Positions 1-8,686 of a stretch of 32,000 nucleotides of DNA are shown piece by piece. The stretch is from Candidatus Hermodarchaeota archaeon (GTDB taxonomy: Archaea > Asgardarchaeota > Heimdallarchaeia > Hodarchaeales > Hodarchaeaceae), in the NCBI GenBank assembly GCA_048886185.1, contig JBHLKY010000002.1, positions 202,359 through 234,358 on the forward strand, given 5' to 3'. Made by a program: the position numbers and the translations under genes. Numbering within the stretch: the stretch's first letter is position 1; every line of letters starts with the position of its first letter. The notes under the pieces were generated by a model. The model was given only the letters and a program-made list of their open reading frames with translations. It was not told where the DNA came from and ran no database searches.

Positions 1-774
1 AGCCCAAGTAATCATTGTTAAGGCAATCAAAATGGAGCCAACAGAAAAAATGATATCAAGAGCCTCAGAAAAAGTTAGGGCGGTGCCCATCATGATAATT
101 ACAATTGCAATGGCAACGAAAAGTAATGGATCACGCGAAGAATGGCGAGAAGAGTAATAGGTTAAAACTAATGCAACCAACATAAACCCACTTGGTAAAA
201 TAATGTCTACCGCCCCTTCGAGTATTAATGAGAGACCGATTGTTAGAATTGCAAAAGCAATAGCTACAAAAAATGAGGGATGACGAGGTGAATTCAGAGA
301 GTGATAATAAGCAGCAATCCATCCTATTAAAATAAATCCAGAAGGAAGAATTATGTACACAGCATTTTCAAGTATAATGGAAAACCCAATTGTAAGAACG
401 CCTATAATGATAGCTATGAAAAAAGAAAAATTACGAGAAGAGCGACGAGAAGCAAGAAGTGCAGCAGAGATCCCAATAACCATGAAAGCTACTGGAAGAG
501 TTATATAAGTAGAGTCAGGAGCAATCATTGAAATAGAAAACGCAATGAGAAGAACTCCAGCTGTCAAAGCGATGTAATAGGTACTTTGTGTCTGTTGTGG
601 AGGAGTTAACTTGCGAAAGGGAAGTGGATCATGGGTCAGCTGTTGGCGAGTACTTTTTTTGAGTTTTTCAGTCTCACTATCATATGTCTGAATAACGTCC
701 AAATCACTCCCACAGGTAGAGCAGAAGATGGAGCCATCCTCATTTTTTTCACCACAATTCTCACAGAAAATCAT
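1..774 (-). CDS. Zinc-ribbon-containing polytopic membrane protein with tandem 50-aa two-helix repeats; runs off the left edge (3' truncated)
   Basis: Translated by hand: ATG at 774 after a GGAG RBS, open for 258 codons to base 1 with no stop, which is why it is absent from the ORF track. N-terminus MIFCENCGEKNEDGSIFCSTCGSDL (CxxC-x13-CxxC), followed by hydrophobic repeats with exact 150-nt periodicity. Confidence 0.88.
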   Translation of the reverse strand, partial: MIFCENCGEKNEDGSIFCSTCGSDLDVIQTYDSETEKLKKSTRQQLTHDPLPFRKLTPPQQTQSTYYIALTAGVLLIAFSISMIAPDSTYITLPVAFMVIGISAALLASRRSSRNFSFFIAIIIGVLTIGFSIILENAVYIILPSGFILIGWIAAYYHSLNSPRHPSFFVAIAFAILTIGLSLILEGAVDIILPSGFMLVALVLTYYSSRHSSRDPLLFVAIAIVIIMMGTALTFSEALDIIFSVGSILIALTMITWA

Positions 775-955
775 ATTCAGGACTCCTTGTAAGAGAAATC
801 ACTATTAATATTATCCAATAAGCTACAATAGATAGTAATCCTCAATAATTTAAAAGAACTAATTTAATGGCAATCATAAACTCTTCTTACAAGTTTTATC
901 ATTGAATAAAATCAGGAAATTCTGAATAATTATCAAATACTTCTATTTATCAAAA

Positions 956-2074
956 TTAGGAACCGTTCCATGAAGTAATGAATGCCCATAAGGTCTTATA
1001 CAAATTCTCAAATACAGAAAAATATGTAACTTCAAAACCATGGCTATTTTTCCGAATGTGCCCTATACAAGCGGTTTGGGGGCTAGCACCAATACTCCCT
1101 GCCATCCCAGCGTCACTTCCACTTGTAGTATAGACTAACGGTTGAAGAGCTGTACCAGCATTATTTGCTGATTCAAATAATGCCTTAATTAGGTCTGGAC
1201 TGTAAAAATATGTACGATCACGAATTCGAATACCAGGACGACTATCCAATTCCATATGTGAATGAGAGGCAAAGGGACAACCATCTACAGCGATGAAATA
1301 GGTGGGCCTTAATGATTGAGCTAGAAATTTCGCCCCAAAGCATCCAATTTCCTCAGCAGTAGTAAAAGCAACAATTAAGTTTAAAGAAGGAGTTACATTT
1401 TGTGTTTTTAAAGCCTTTAAAATGCGAAGTAAAACCACCACTCCCATTTTATCATCAAATGTCCAAGCAGCAATCATTGGATCCGATCCTTCTCCAAAAA
1501 ATACAGGGCCGCGATCTGAATGAATCGGAACGATGAGGGTTCCAGGCCTGATTCCATGATTTTTCAGTATTTCAGCGCTCAATCCTGTGATAATCTTAAC
1601 GTCCTTCCACTCTATCGTTACCTCAGTCCCAGTTGCAGCGTGACCTGACCCCATAGCTGTGATTCCTTGAATTGTCTTATGTTCACCATAGATCTCCACA
1701 GGACGTTCTCCAAATTTCCATGTAAGGGTTCCACCTACCCTTTCTACATCTAGTGTGCCATCAGGATTTATTTTTGTCACCATCAATCCGATCTCATCAA
1801 TATGTGCCGCTAAGCAATATGTTTCCTTAATATTTTTTTGGCCTGCTATCTGAATATACACGTTACCAGCATAATCCTTTTTGGGATTATAACCCCACGC
1901 AGCACATTTATCATAGATATGATTTGCAATATTCGTCTCCATCCCTGAAGGAGAGGGAATCGCTAGTAATTCAGAAAACATTTGAACTGTTTCAGTCTGT
2001 CGATATTTTTCATAGATATCTGAATTCATAAATCTCAAATCCGTTTCAGAGGTTTTTCTTGTAGAGAAATCCAT
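956..2074 (-). CDS. M42 family metallo-aminopeptidase (FrvX/TET-like)
   Basis: PSPSGME, AHIDEIG, TFDDKMG, TTAEEIG, IAVDG, GSDAG and a C-terminal His (NSHGFE) match the M42 two-metal ligand pattern. Confidence 0.88.
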   Translation of the reverse strand: MDFSTRKTSETDLRFMNSDIYEKYRQTETVQMFSELLAIPSPSGMETNIANHIYDKCAAWGYNPKKDYAGNVYIQIAGQKNIKETYCLAAHIDEIGLMVTKINPDGTLDVERVGGTLTWKFGERPVEIYGEHKTIQGITAMGSGHAATGTEVTIEWKDVKIITGLSAEILKNHGIRPGTLIVPIHSDRGPVFFGEGSDPMIAAWTFDDKMGVVVLLRILKALKTQNVTPSLNLIVAFTTAEEIGCFGAKFLAQSLRPTYFIAVDGCPFASHSHMELDSRPGIRIRDRTYFYSPDLIKALFESANNAGTALQPLVYTTSGSDAGMAGSIGASPQTACIGHIRKNSHGFEVTYFSVFENLYKTLWAFITSWNGS

Positions 2075-2302
2075 TCTTACTTTTTTAGCTTCTTTTCAGA
2101 CTCATAAAAGATGTTTAAATTAAGAATTTGGATCATCGAAAACAGCAATAAATTTACAAAAATGAACCTGAAAGATGTGTGGAACAATGCGGATTTCGAA
2201 TAAACAGGTTTTCAAGTTATTAAGAAAGCTTGATCATGAAATTCCCACATTAGATCCTATTGAAGATGAGAATTTCTTTTATCTGAATTTAGGGTCCAGA
2301 GA

Positions 2303-3343
2303 ATGTATCGAGCAATCATTAATTTTTTCCTCCTTTTATGGCTGTTTTCGCTCCCCCTGATTGCTGTCGGATTTATTGTAAGCAAACAATACCAAATAAC
2401 CCCGAATGACGAATTTTTTACAAACTCAATCAGTACGCCTCCCAAAATAAATGTGTCATCGTGGACACTTAGCGTTTATGGCCATGTACAATCCCCGTTA
2501 ATATTTGACTACTACAATTTTACTTCTCAATCATCCCAAACAGAAGTTGCGACCCTTAGATGTGTAGAGGGATATTCAGGGACAGCTAAGTGGCGTGGAA
2601 TACCATTACATGATATATTAAACTTAGTTCATGTAAAAAAAGGAGCTAAAGATATTATTTTCCGTGCGTACGATGGTTATTCGTCATCTCTAACATTAGA
2701 GGAGGCAACTAAGAATGATGTCCTATTAGCTTACGAAATGAATGATGAGACTCTACCTATAAATCAGGGGTTCCCTGTGAGAGTTGTAGCACCAGGACAC
2801 GCGGGGTACAAGTGGGTGATGTGGGTTTATGAGATTGAGGTCATAGATTATAATTACAAAGGTTTCTGGGAAACACGTGGTTGGAGTGATGATGCGAGCT
2901 ATACCTACCTTAAGGACTGGCTTCTTCACGCGACTCTGTTTTCGTTAGCTTTTATATTGGGGGGGTTTTCACTTATATCAGGTTTGAAAAAAACAGAACG
3001 GATTTATGAATTAGAACTACCTGAATTTATCATGAGTGAGAAGTTTCATATATTTGTGACCATATTTTATGTGATTTCAGCCATCATGACATTCATATAC
3101 TGGATACTTCAGACATTATTACTAAAGGGCAATATCTTCTATTCACTTCATGGTTTGGCAGCTTTATTGAGTATCATAGGACTGCTGAGTACAGGAATTA
3201 CTGGATTACTTAAAATTGGGGGGATTTCAAAAGGGCAGTCATGGCATTTGAAATTAAGTACATTTTCTTTCACACTTTACATGATAACAGGATTGATTGG
3301 TATTCTTATTGGGCTAGGTTTTCGGTCTTTCTTTTTTCTCTGA
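2303..3343 (+). CDS. Sulfite-oxidase-family molybdopterin oxidoreductase (MsrP/YedY-like) with N-terminal membrane anchor and C-terminal 4-TM His-containing domain
   Basis: Mo-ligand Cys in LRCVEG (C87), W-G-P-L, DGYSSSL, LLAYEMN..LP..QGFPVRVVAPGHAGYKWVMWV, GFWETRGW. Four C-terminal hydrophobic helices each begin with a His (H209, H249, H283, H315). Confidence 0.88.
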   Translation: MYRAIINFFLLLWLFSLPLIAVGFIVSKQYQITPNDEFFTNSISTPPKINVSSWTLSVYGHVQSPLIFDYYNFTSQSSQTEVATLRCVEGYSGTAKWRGIPLHDILNLVHVKKGAKDIIFRAYDGYSSSLTLEEATKNDVLLAYEMNDETLPINQGFPVRVVAPGHAGYKWVMWVYEIEVIDYNYKGFWETRGWSDDASYTYLKDWLLHATLFSLAFILGGFSLISGLKKTERIYELELPEFIMSEKFHIFVTIFYVISAIMTFIYWILQTLLLKGNIFYSLHGLAALLSIIGLLSTGITGLLKIGGISKGQSWHLKLSTFSFTLYMITGLIGILIGLGFRSFFFL

Positions 3344-3369
3344 ATGCTAATTTATTAAATATTATTAAA

Positions 3370-3510
3370 TTATAACAAATCTTTTAACCAAATGCCTATA
3401 GTTTCTCTGATATCTTCTGTTGAATGAAGTTCAAATCCACATTTCTTGCAAAAAGAACAGTTATTGCTGTTTGTTTCACCTCAGAGTTTACAAATAAGAT
3501 AATGTTCCAT
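3370..3510 (-). pseudogene. Small zinc-ribbon ORF (46 codons) interrupted by an in-frame TGA at the second Cys position; pseudogene, sequencing error or recoded codon
   Basis: Translated by hand: MEHYLICKL*GETNSNNCSFCKKCGFELHSTEDIRETIGIWLKDLL-TAA. The spacing is identical to the CENCG-EKN-EDGSI-FCSTCG ribbon of the 1..774 gene. TGA is at 3483..3481, and GGGA lies just upstream of the ATG. Confidence 0.6.
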
Positions 3511-3948
3511 AATAATCCCAAAACATTGTGATTGAAATACCTTCAAAGTTATTATAGCTTTACTTAATCGGTGACTAATAGTATAAAATAATAAAACTAG
3601 AAGTCTGAAAGGATTCAGTAACTCATGAGATAACATTAAAGAAAAAAATTGTTACAACAGAAAAAAACTAGATACAATAGAGTTCAATACTTCACGAAAA
3701 ATCTCCAAAACCTTTAACGCAGATTGAAATGACTATAGACGTTTTGATATTAACAATTTTTATAATAATTCACGAAAAATAAAATAGAAATACTTTAGAT
3801 AAATAAAAAAAATTATATATGACAACAACAAAGCAATCCCAACCAATTTTGTTTATTTCATGGCACTAGCCTTTTCCCCTCTTTTTTTTACCCTCGTACT
3901 AAAATCTAAGACAAGATGAATAATAATCTGTTAGTAATGACTAAATGG

Positions 3949-4010
3949 TGTTTAGAGCCTGAACATGTTTTTCTCTATGTGTTCAGACCCTGTACACTCT
4001 TGTTTAGAGC
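3949..4010. repeat. 10-bp direct repeat TGTTTAGAGC (3949-3958, 4001-4010) bracketing a 7-bp inverted repeat CTGAACA/TGTTCAG (3959-3965, 3980-3986); possible operator region
   Basis: Seen directly in the sequence, just upstream of a TTTTATAAA TATA-like box (about 4016-4023) and the 4078 gene. Confidence 0.4.
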
Positions 4011-4077
4011 ATAGTTTTATAAAGGTTCAACGATTCATGTTATTCGCAACAAAAATATTTTTTAGAAGGTATTTAAA

Positions 4078-4602
4078 ATGTCAGTCCAAATGAATTCATT
4101 TCTAAAATCTATAATTGTTACTATTATAATAACAATTGCTTCCGTTGGATCAACGTTGATAATAAACCCCAATGCGATATTTGTTCCTCAACATCAGTTT
4201 GATTTTGAGCTAACAGATGTAAGAGAGGATGTTAACGACAGTTATGTAGATATTATAAAATATGGTTCTTTTAAGCAGGGCAAAAATGTTGTGTTATATT
4301 TAGAAGTTGCAACACTGATTAACCTTAGTTCACTCTATCGGTTATTTATTGTCGCAAAAACTACAAATGATAATGAGGCTCATATCTATAATAATGAAGT
4401 ACAGGGTGGTACTGAACAAAACTATCAATCAGAGGTAATTATTGATGGTAATCGACTAGAAGTATTTTTTTCAACGGATCGGTTTATCTCGAATTCTTAC
4501 ATGGTTGGTATCGAAGCTGGAGCCCATTCTTTCGCTTCAGAAGATTCCACTCCATCTGCAAGAGATAATCCATTAAAAACACGCTTTTTAGGGTTAATTT
4601 GA
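4078..4602 (+). CDS. Hypothetical exported or membrane-anchored protein
   Basis: 174-aa ORF with an N-terminal hydrophobic helix, a beta-rich soluble part and GAAGGT upstream. No family recognised. Confidence 0.75.
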   Translation: MSVQMNSFLKSIIVTIIITIASVGSTLIINPNAIFVPQHQFDFELTDVREDVNDSYVDIIKYGSFKQGKNVVLYLEVATLINLSSLYRLFIVAKTTNDNEAHIYNNEVQGGTEQNYQSEVIIDGNRLEVFFSTDRFISNSYMVGIEAGAHSFASEDSTPSARDNPLKTRFLGLI

Positions 4603-4634
4603 TTAATAGGTTCTTTCTACAGAGGTTATTAATA

Positions 4635-5102
4635 ATGGAACAAATGTCTAAAGATGAACCAAAACTCGAAGATTTCTTGATTAACCATCAAATTACCTCA
4701 ATTTTCTTACATTTAAAGACCGAGAATAGGCCTTTAGGAGTCCGAGAGATACGAAGAAATCTTAATATGAGTAGTGTGGGTAGTACACACTGGCATTTAC
4801 AAAAATTACTCGAGAATGGTGCTATTAGTCAAGTTCAAGGGAATAAATACCAGCTAGTAGAAAAATATCAAAAAGCGAAAAGTATTCCGGTGAGAGTCGT
4901 CATGAAACATTATTTTGTGGGAAATAAACTTGTACCAAGTATATTTTTTATGTTATTTTACCTCATTAATGTTTTAATTATCACATTATTTACGCTTATC
5001 TTGAATTTGTGGATTTTAGGGTTTTTCATCGGTTTTTCTACTACTTTAGTCAGCTTGGTTGTAGTTTTTCGGTTTTATCAACAATTACCAAAGGATAAGT
5101 AG
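4635..5102 (+). CDS. Winged-helix DNA-binding protein with two C-terminal TM helices (membrane-anchored regulator)
   Basis: LGVREIRRNLNMSSVGSTHWHLQKLLENGAI..QGNKY is a wHTH signature, followed by two hydrophobic helices. Start moved from 4599 to ATG 4635 because GAGGT lies 8 nt upstream. Confidence 0.8.
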   Translation: MEQMSKDEPKLEDFLINHQITSIFLHLKTENRPLGVREIRRNLNMSSVGSTHWHLQKLLENGAISQVQGNKYQLVEKYQKAKSIPVRVVMKHYFVGNKLVPSIFFMLFYLINVLIITLFTLILNLWILGFFIGFSTTLVSLVVVFRFYQQLPKDK

Positions 5103-6053
5103 TAACAAGAGTTTCATGACTTTTTACTACTTATCTGTTTTTTTTGCTTTGGTTTTCATAAATATTGTTTCTGTTAAGAGTAACTAAGTAGATTATTGGC
5201 TATTGCAGTTTGATTGAATTTTTATGACTTATTTCTTGCATTAGCTCAAACCTTATTTTCTTTCTTCATGAATTTAATAAATTTGTTAATGAACACCTAT
5301 TACTTGCACGTGGATCGATTAAAGTGGGAAATATCACCCAAAGTACTCTGTTACGAGATTTGGATTTTTGTATTAGTCCTCAATGTCTTTGGTCTCATGA
5401 ATTCTTGCAAGTTTTTTCATTCTTATTATATTTCAGTATCCCAAGGCCTTGCTTATCTCACAGCCTCAAGTTCAACAAGCCTGTAAGCTCTATGTCAAAT
5501 TGTATGTCTATGGATATATAGCAGAGAGGATACACTTTGGATATGATCAGATTGTTGATTATATCAATAATATCCCTGATAGCGCTTGAGAAATAAGGTC
5601 TGATAAAAATAGCGATATTAAATTCAGTATATTCTGTAGGAATCCAACTCCCCCCTGCAGTTTGATCGATATAACACAATTAGTTAATAGAAATCCAACT
5701 ATTTTCACTGATTTTTAGAGTATAATCTCCTTTAAATTGAACACTTTGTATGATTTTTCCCTAAGATTCTATACTTTGAGCTAGTCTCATAGTGAAAAAA
5801 CTCTTAGCGTTTCCTTTAACCACATGAAAATGATTCTTATGAAAAAATTTTTAACTTATATTCTTCCTAGTGTACTCTCAAGCAGATTCGTTCCATTAGT
5901 GCTGTATATTACGGCATTAACTACAATTTTACTAATAAATACGCCACTTTAATAATCTATTAAAATGTTAGTTAGAATTCGTCCCTAAAACGAATGAATA
6001 CTCTATAAATGCACAACTTGAACAAACAATAAAAAATAATTAAGGGAGACAAA

Positions 6054-7547
6054 ATGAAAGAGATTATTGTCGGAGCTTATCTGACTGTTATAATCCTACT
6101 TAATATTTGGGCACTTAATTTTCTCTTAATTTTCTTGCGTTTTCTATTCATTCGTTTTCGTAATGGTCCTTTTAAATTTGATTTTCCTGCAAAATTTTAT
6201 CCCAAAGTAACGATTCAATTACCTATTTACAATGAACGCCCACAAATGATCCGTTTGATTCTAGAAAGTATTTATCGACAAAACTATCCTCGGAATCTGA
6301 TTGAAATTATTATTCTCGATCAGAGTGATGATAAAGAGATTATTGCAGCCTTAAAGAATGTTGTTGTTGATTTTAAGCGTGCTACAGAAATGAAAACATC
6401 ATTAATTTTTGTAGATCGTTTTGGCGATCCAACTGACACTTCAACCCAATTTAAGGCTGGGTCATTAAATAATGCCACTCAAATAAGTCATGGGGATATT
6501 TTTGTAGTTCTTGATGGAGATTCATATCTTGATCCAAATTATTTGCGGTACTTGATTCCTCATTTTTCCCGTAAAGAAATTGGCTTGGTATTACCTCGAA
6601 TTACGGTTCATAATCATCATAAGGATATTTTTGCCCGATGGACACGATTAACAAATCATATTTATTTTATTCGGAACTATATCGAATCAATTGTTGGTAT
6701 ACCAGTAGGATTCATGGGAAGCGGTGCCGCTCTTCGACGCGAGGTAGCTGAACAATTTCAGTGGGACACAATGCAAGAGGATGGGCTTATGGGATATTAT
6801 GCAACCACTATTGGAAAATGGAGAGCATGGTTTGAAAGTAAAGCGGTTGTGTATGACGAGGGAATAATATATAGCCTTAAGGACGGGAAAAATAGATGGG
6901 CACGATTAGTAAATGGCCAATACCAAATTATTAAAAAAATCAGTCAGGATCCTAAAAATCACAGAATTTTCCTTACCAATCCCCAGATCTTAATTAAGGT
7001 GATCCTAGGGCCTATCTTACCATTTTTAATTCTCCTTCTCCCATTTCTCATGTTCGCAGTCTATTATTGGGAAATCTCATTTAGTTCATGGATTGCCTTT
7101 ACACTTGCTGTCTTTTCATTATTAGGAAGTATTAGTACCATCTTTTTATTGTACATGGTGAAAAAATATAGGAACTATAGCGACCTCCTCTATTATCTAC
7201 TATTTCCTTTGAATGGCATTGTTTGTCTTGTACCAGGTGTTGTAGCCTTTGTCTCTGCCATTATTGGCAAGAAAAAAGTATTTTATCGTGTCCAGCGGCT
7301 AAATGAGAGTATTCCAAAAACTGAAACAAGTGTCAAAGTAATTGAAGCAAGTCTGGCGATCTTTTCTTTCTTTGCCATAATGATATTTCTTCATAATCTA
7401 TCTGCTATAGTCTTCTATGCCACTTATCTGATTGTAATGATAGCTAGTTTTACCAATTTTAGAATCTCTCCACGTAAAACATTAATTGAATTACCCATTC
7501 AACAGAGTGAAGAAATGGATGCAAATTATTTATCCCAAAGAACATGA
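6054..7547 (+). CDS. GT2 family processive-type glycosyltransferase (cellulose-synthase-like)
   Basis: VTIQLPIYNE, LDQSDD, FKAGSLN, DGD (DxD), GFMGSGAALRR, QED, with an N-terminal TM and several C-terminal TMs. The QxxRW motif is degenerate. Confidence 0.88.
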   Translation: MKEIIVGAYLTVIILLNIWALNFLLIFLRFLFIRFRNGPFKFDFPAKFYPKVTIQLPIYNERPQMIRLILESIYRQNYPRNLIEIIILDQSDDKEIIAALKNVVVDFKRATEMKTSLIFVDRFGDPTDTSTQFKAGSLNNATQISHGDIFVVLDGDSYLDPNYLRYLIPHFSRKEIGLVLPRITVHNHHKDIFARWTRLTNHIYFIRNYIESIVGIPVGFMGSGAALRREVAEQFQWDTMQEDGLMGYYATTIGKWRAWFESKAVVYDEGIIYSLKDGKNRWARLVNGQYQIIKKISQDPKNHRIFLTNPQILIKVILGPILPFLILLLPFLMFAVYYWEISFSSWIAFTLAVFSLLGSISTIFLLYMVKKYRNYSDLLYYLLFPLNGIVCLVPGVVAFVSAIIGKKKVFYRVQRLNESIPKTETSVKVIEASLAIFSFFAIMIFLHNLSAIVFYATYLIVMIASFTNFRISPRKTLIELPIQQSEEMDANYLSQRT

Positions 7548-7718
7548 TATTTGTCTTAGATTTAACCAATGGGGTAAATAAGATCAACATTATTGTTCTT
7601 TATCACTGAGATTTTAGCAACTAGTGTCCTTATATTCCGAAAACTTAGTAAAACATTGGTGGAAGATATTAGAAAAACATCTCTATTCCTTTAAAATCCC
7701 ATGATAAGAGGCATTTTC

Positions 7719-8171
7719 ATGTTAAAAAATGTAGAAGAATATCTTAAGGAATCTCTCATACCCTTACGGCTTTCTGGTACTACAGAATCAGGTTGGCCAT
7801 TTGTAATAAGTCTTTGGTATGTCTACTTAAGTGAAAAATTATACATGGCAACCATCAAATCGGCTAAAGTCGTAGAATATCTTTCTAATAATCCAAAATG
7901 TGCTTTTGAGATAGCAAGTGACCTACCACCTTATTGTGGAATTCGAGGACAAGCGACAGCAAGAATTATCGAATCTAAAGGTGATGAAATCTTAGAAATC
8001 CTCCTTAATCGGTATCTAGGGGGGAAAGAAAACCCCTTGGCGCAAAAACTAATGAATCGGAGAGTATCGGAGGTGGCAATTGAACTTACTCCAGTCAAAG
8101 TATATCAATGGGATTATAGTAAGCGAATGTATAACTCAATTAAGTCTCCTTTGGCAAAAACATGTCCTTAG
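7719..8171 (+). CDS. Pyridoxamine 5'-phosphate oxidase-like flavin-binding (split-barrel) protein
   Basis: LRLSGTTESGWPFVISLWY, SAKVVEYLSNNPKCAFEI, GIRGQATARI. Start at ATG 7719 (GAGG upstream) rather than 7701. Confidence 0.8.
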   Translation: MLKNVEEYLKESLIPLRLSGTTESGWPFVISLWYVYLSEKLYMATIKSAKVVEYLSNNPKCAFEIASDLPPYCGIRGQATARIIESKGDEILEILLNRYLGGKENPLAQKLMNRRVSEVAIELTPVKVYQWDYSKRMYNSIKSPLAKTCP

Positions 8172-8220
8172 TCTGAAAAGCAGAGGAATAAATAAAATAG
8201 AAAATCAGAGGTGTGGCATC

Positions 8221-8640
8221 ATGTCCGAAATTCAATATTCTGCAGGTGTGTGCAATATTGGTGAAGCTGAAATAAAACAAAGACGTCGAATAGGATATAT
8301 TGGCCTTGTTCTTACAGTGATCACAATTATTGTATATTTAATATTGATTTATTCCATAAAACTTGATCCACTTTTTGGAGTGATTATTTTCATACCTGCT
8401 GAAATGACAACTATTGGATTAATCCAAGCCAGGAGTAAATTTTGTGCAGCATATGGACTGACTCACCAACAGAACGTTTCCTCAAGTTTAGGTTTGACGA
8501 TAAAAATAGAAGATGAAGTTTCCCAGAGAGAAGACAGGAATAAAGCAATTAAAATTGTTTTTCAATCCTTAATAATTGCACTGATTATAACTGTTTTCAC
8601 AATTATTGGAGGAATTATAATAAGACAAATGAGTTTTTAA
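8221..8640 (+). CDS. Conserved-looking hypothetical membrane protein (CNIG..E..RR..G / FCAAYG motifs)
   Basis: ATG 8221 gives MSEIQYSAGVCNIGEAEIKQRRRIG, three hydrophobic segments and two motif Cys. The 8080 start overlaps the previous gene and is unlikely. Confidence 0.75.
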   Translation: MSEIQYSAGVCNIGEAEIKQRRRIGYIGLVLTVITIIVYLILIYSIKLDPLFGVIIFIPAEMTTIGLIQARSKFCAAYGLTHQQNVSSSLGLTIKIEDEVSQREDRNKAIKIVFQSLIIALIITVFTIIGGIIIRQMSF

Positions 8641-8686
8641 ATCTAAAATGAAGAAATATACAGTTTAAAAACAAGAAAGAATCAAA

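Noticed and set aside
131-322. 63-aa minus-strand ORF from the track
   Set aside because: It is an alternative frame inside the real 1..774 gene, which has an RBS, a zinc ribbon and repeat structure.
2175-2445. Short ORFs 2175..2360 (+) and 2257..2445 (-)
   Set aside because: They overlap the start of the Mo-oxidoreductase and have no motifs.
3691-4010. Short direct repeats considered as a degenerate CRISPR array
   Set aside because: Only two copies each of 10-12 bp, two unrelated repeat sequences and no cas genes.
5103-6053. About 950-nt gap with three short overlapping ORFs (5214..5486, 5324..5521, 5458..5679); possible decayed gene or small RNA
   Set aside because: I translated several frames and found protein-like patches but no recognisable motif, terminal repeats or stable hairpin. 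It remains unexplained, and tBLASTx or an Rfam search would decide.
8080-8220. N-terminal extension of the 8080..8640 ORF
   Set aside because: It overlaps the PPOX-like gene by about 90 nt, and the motif-bearing sequence begins at ATG 8221.
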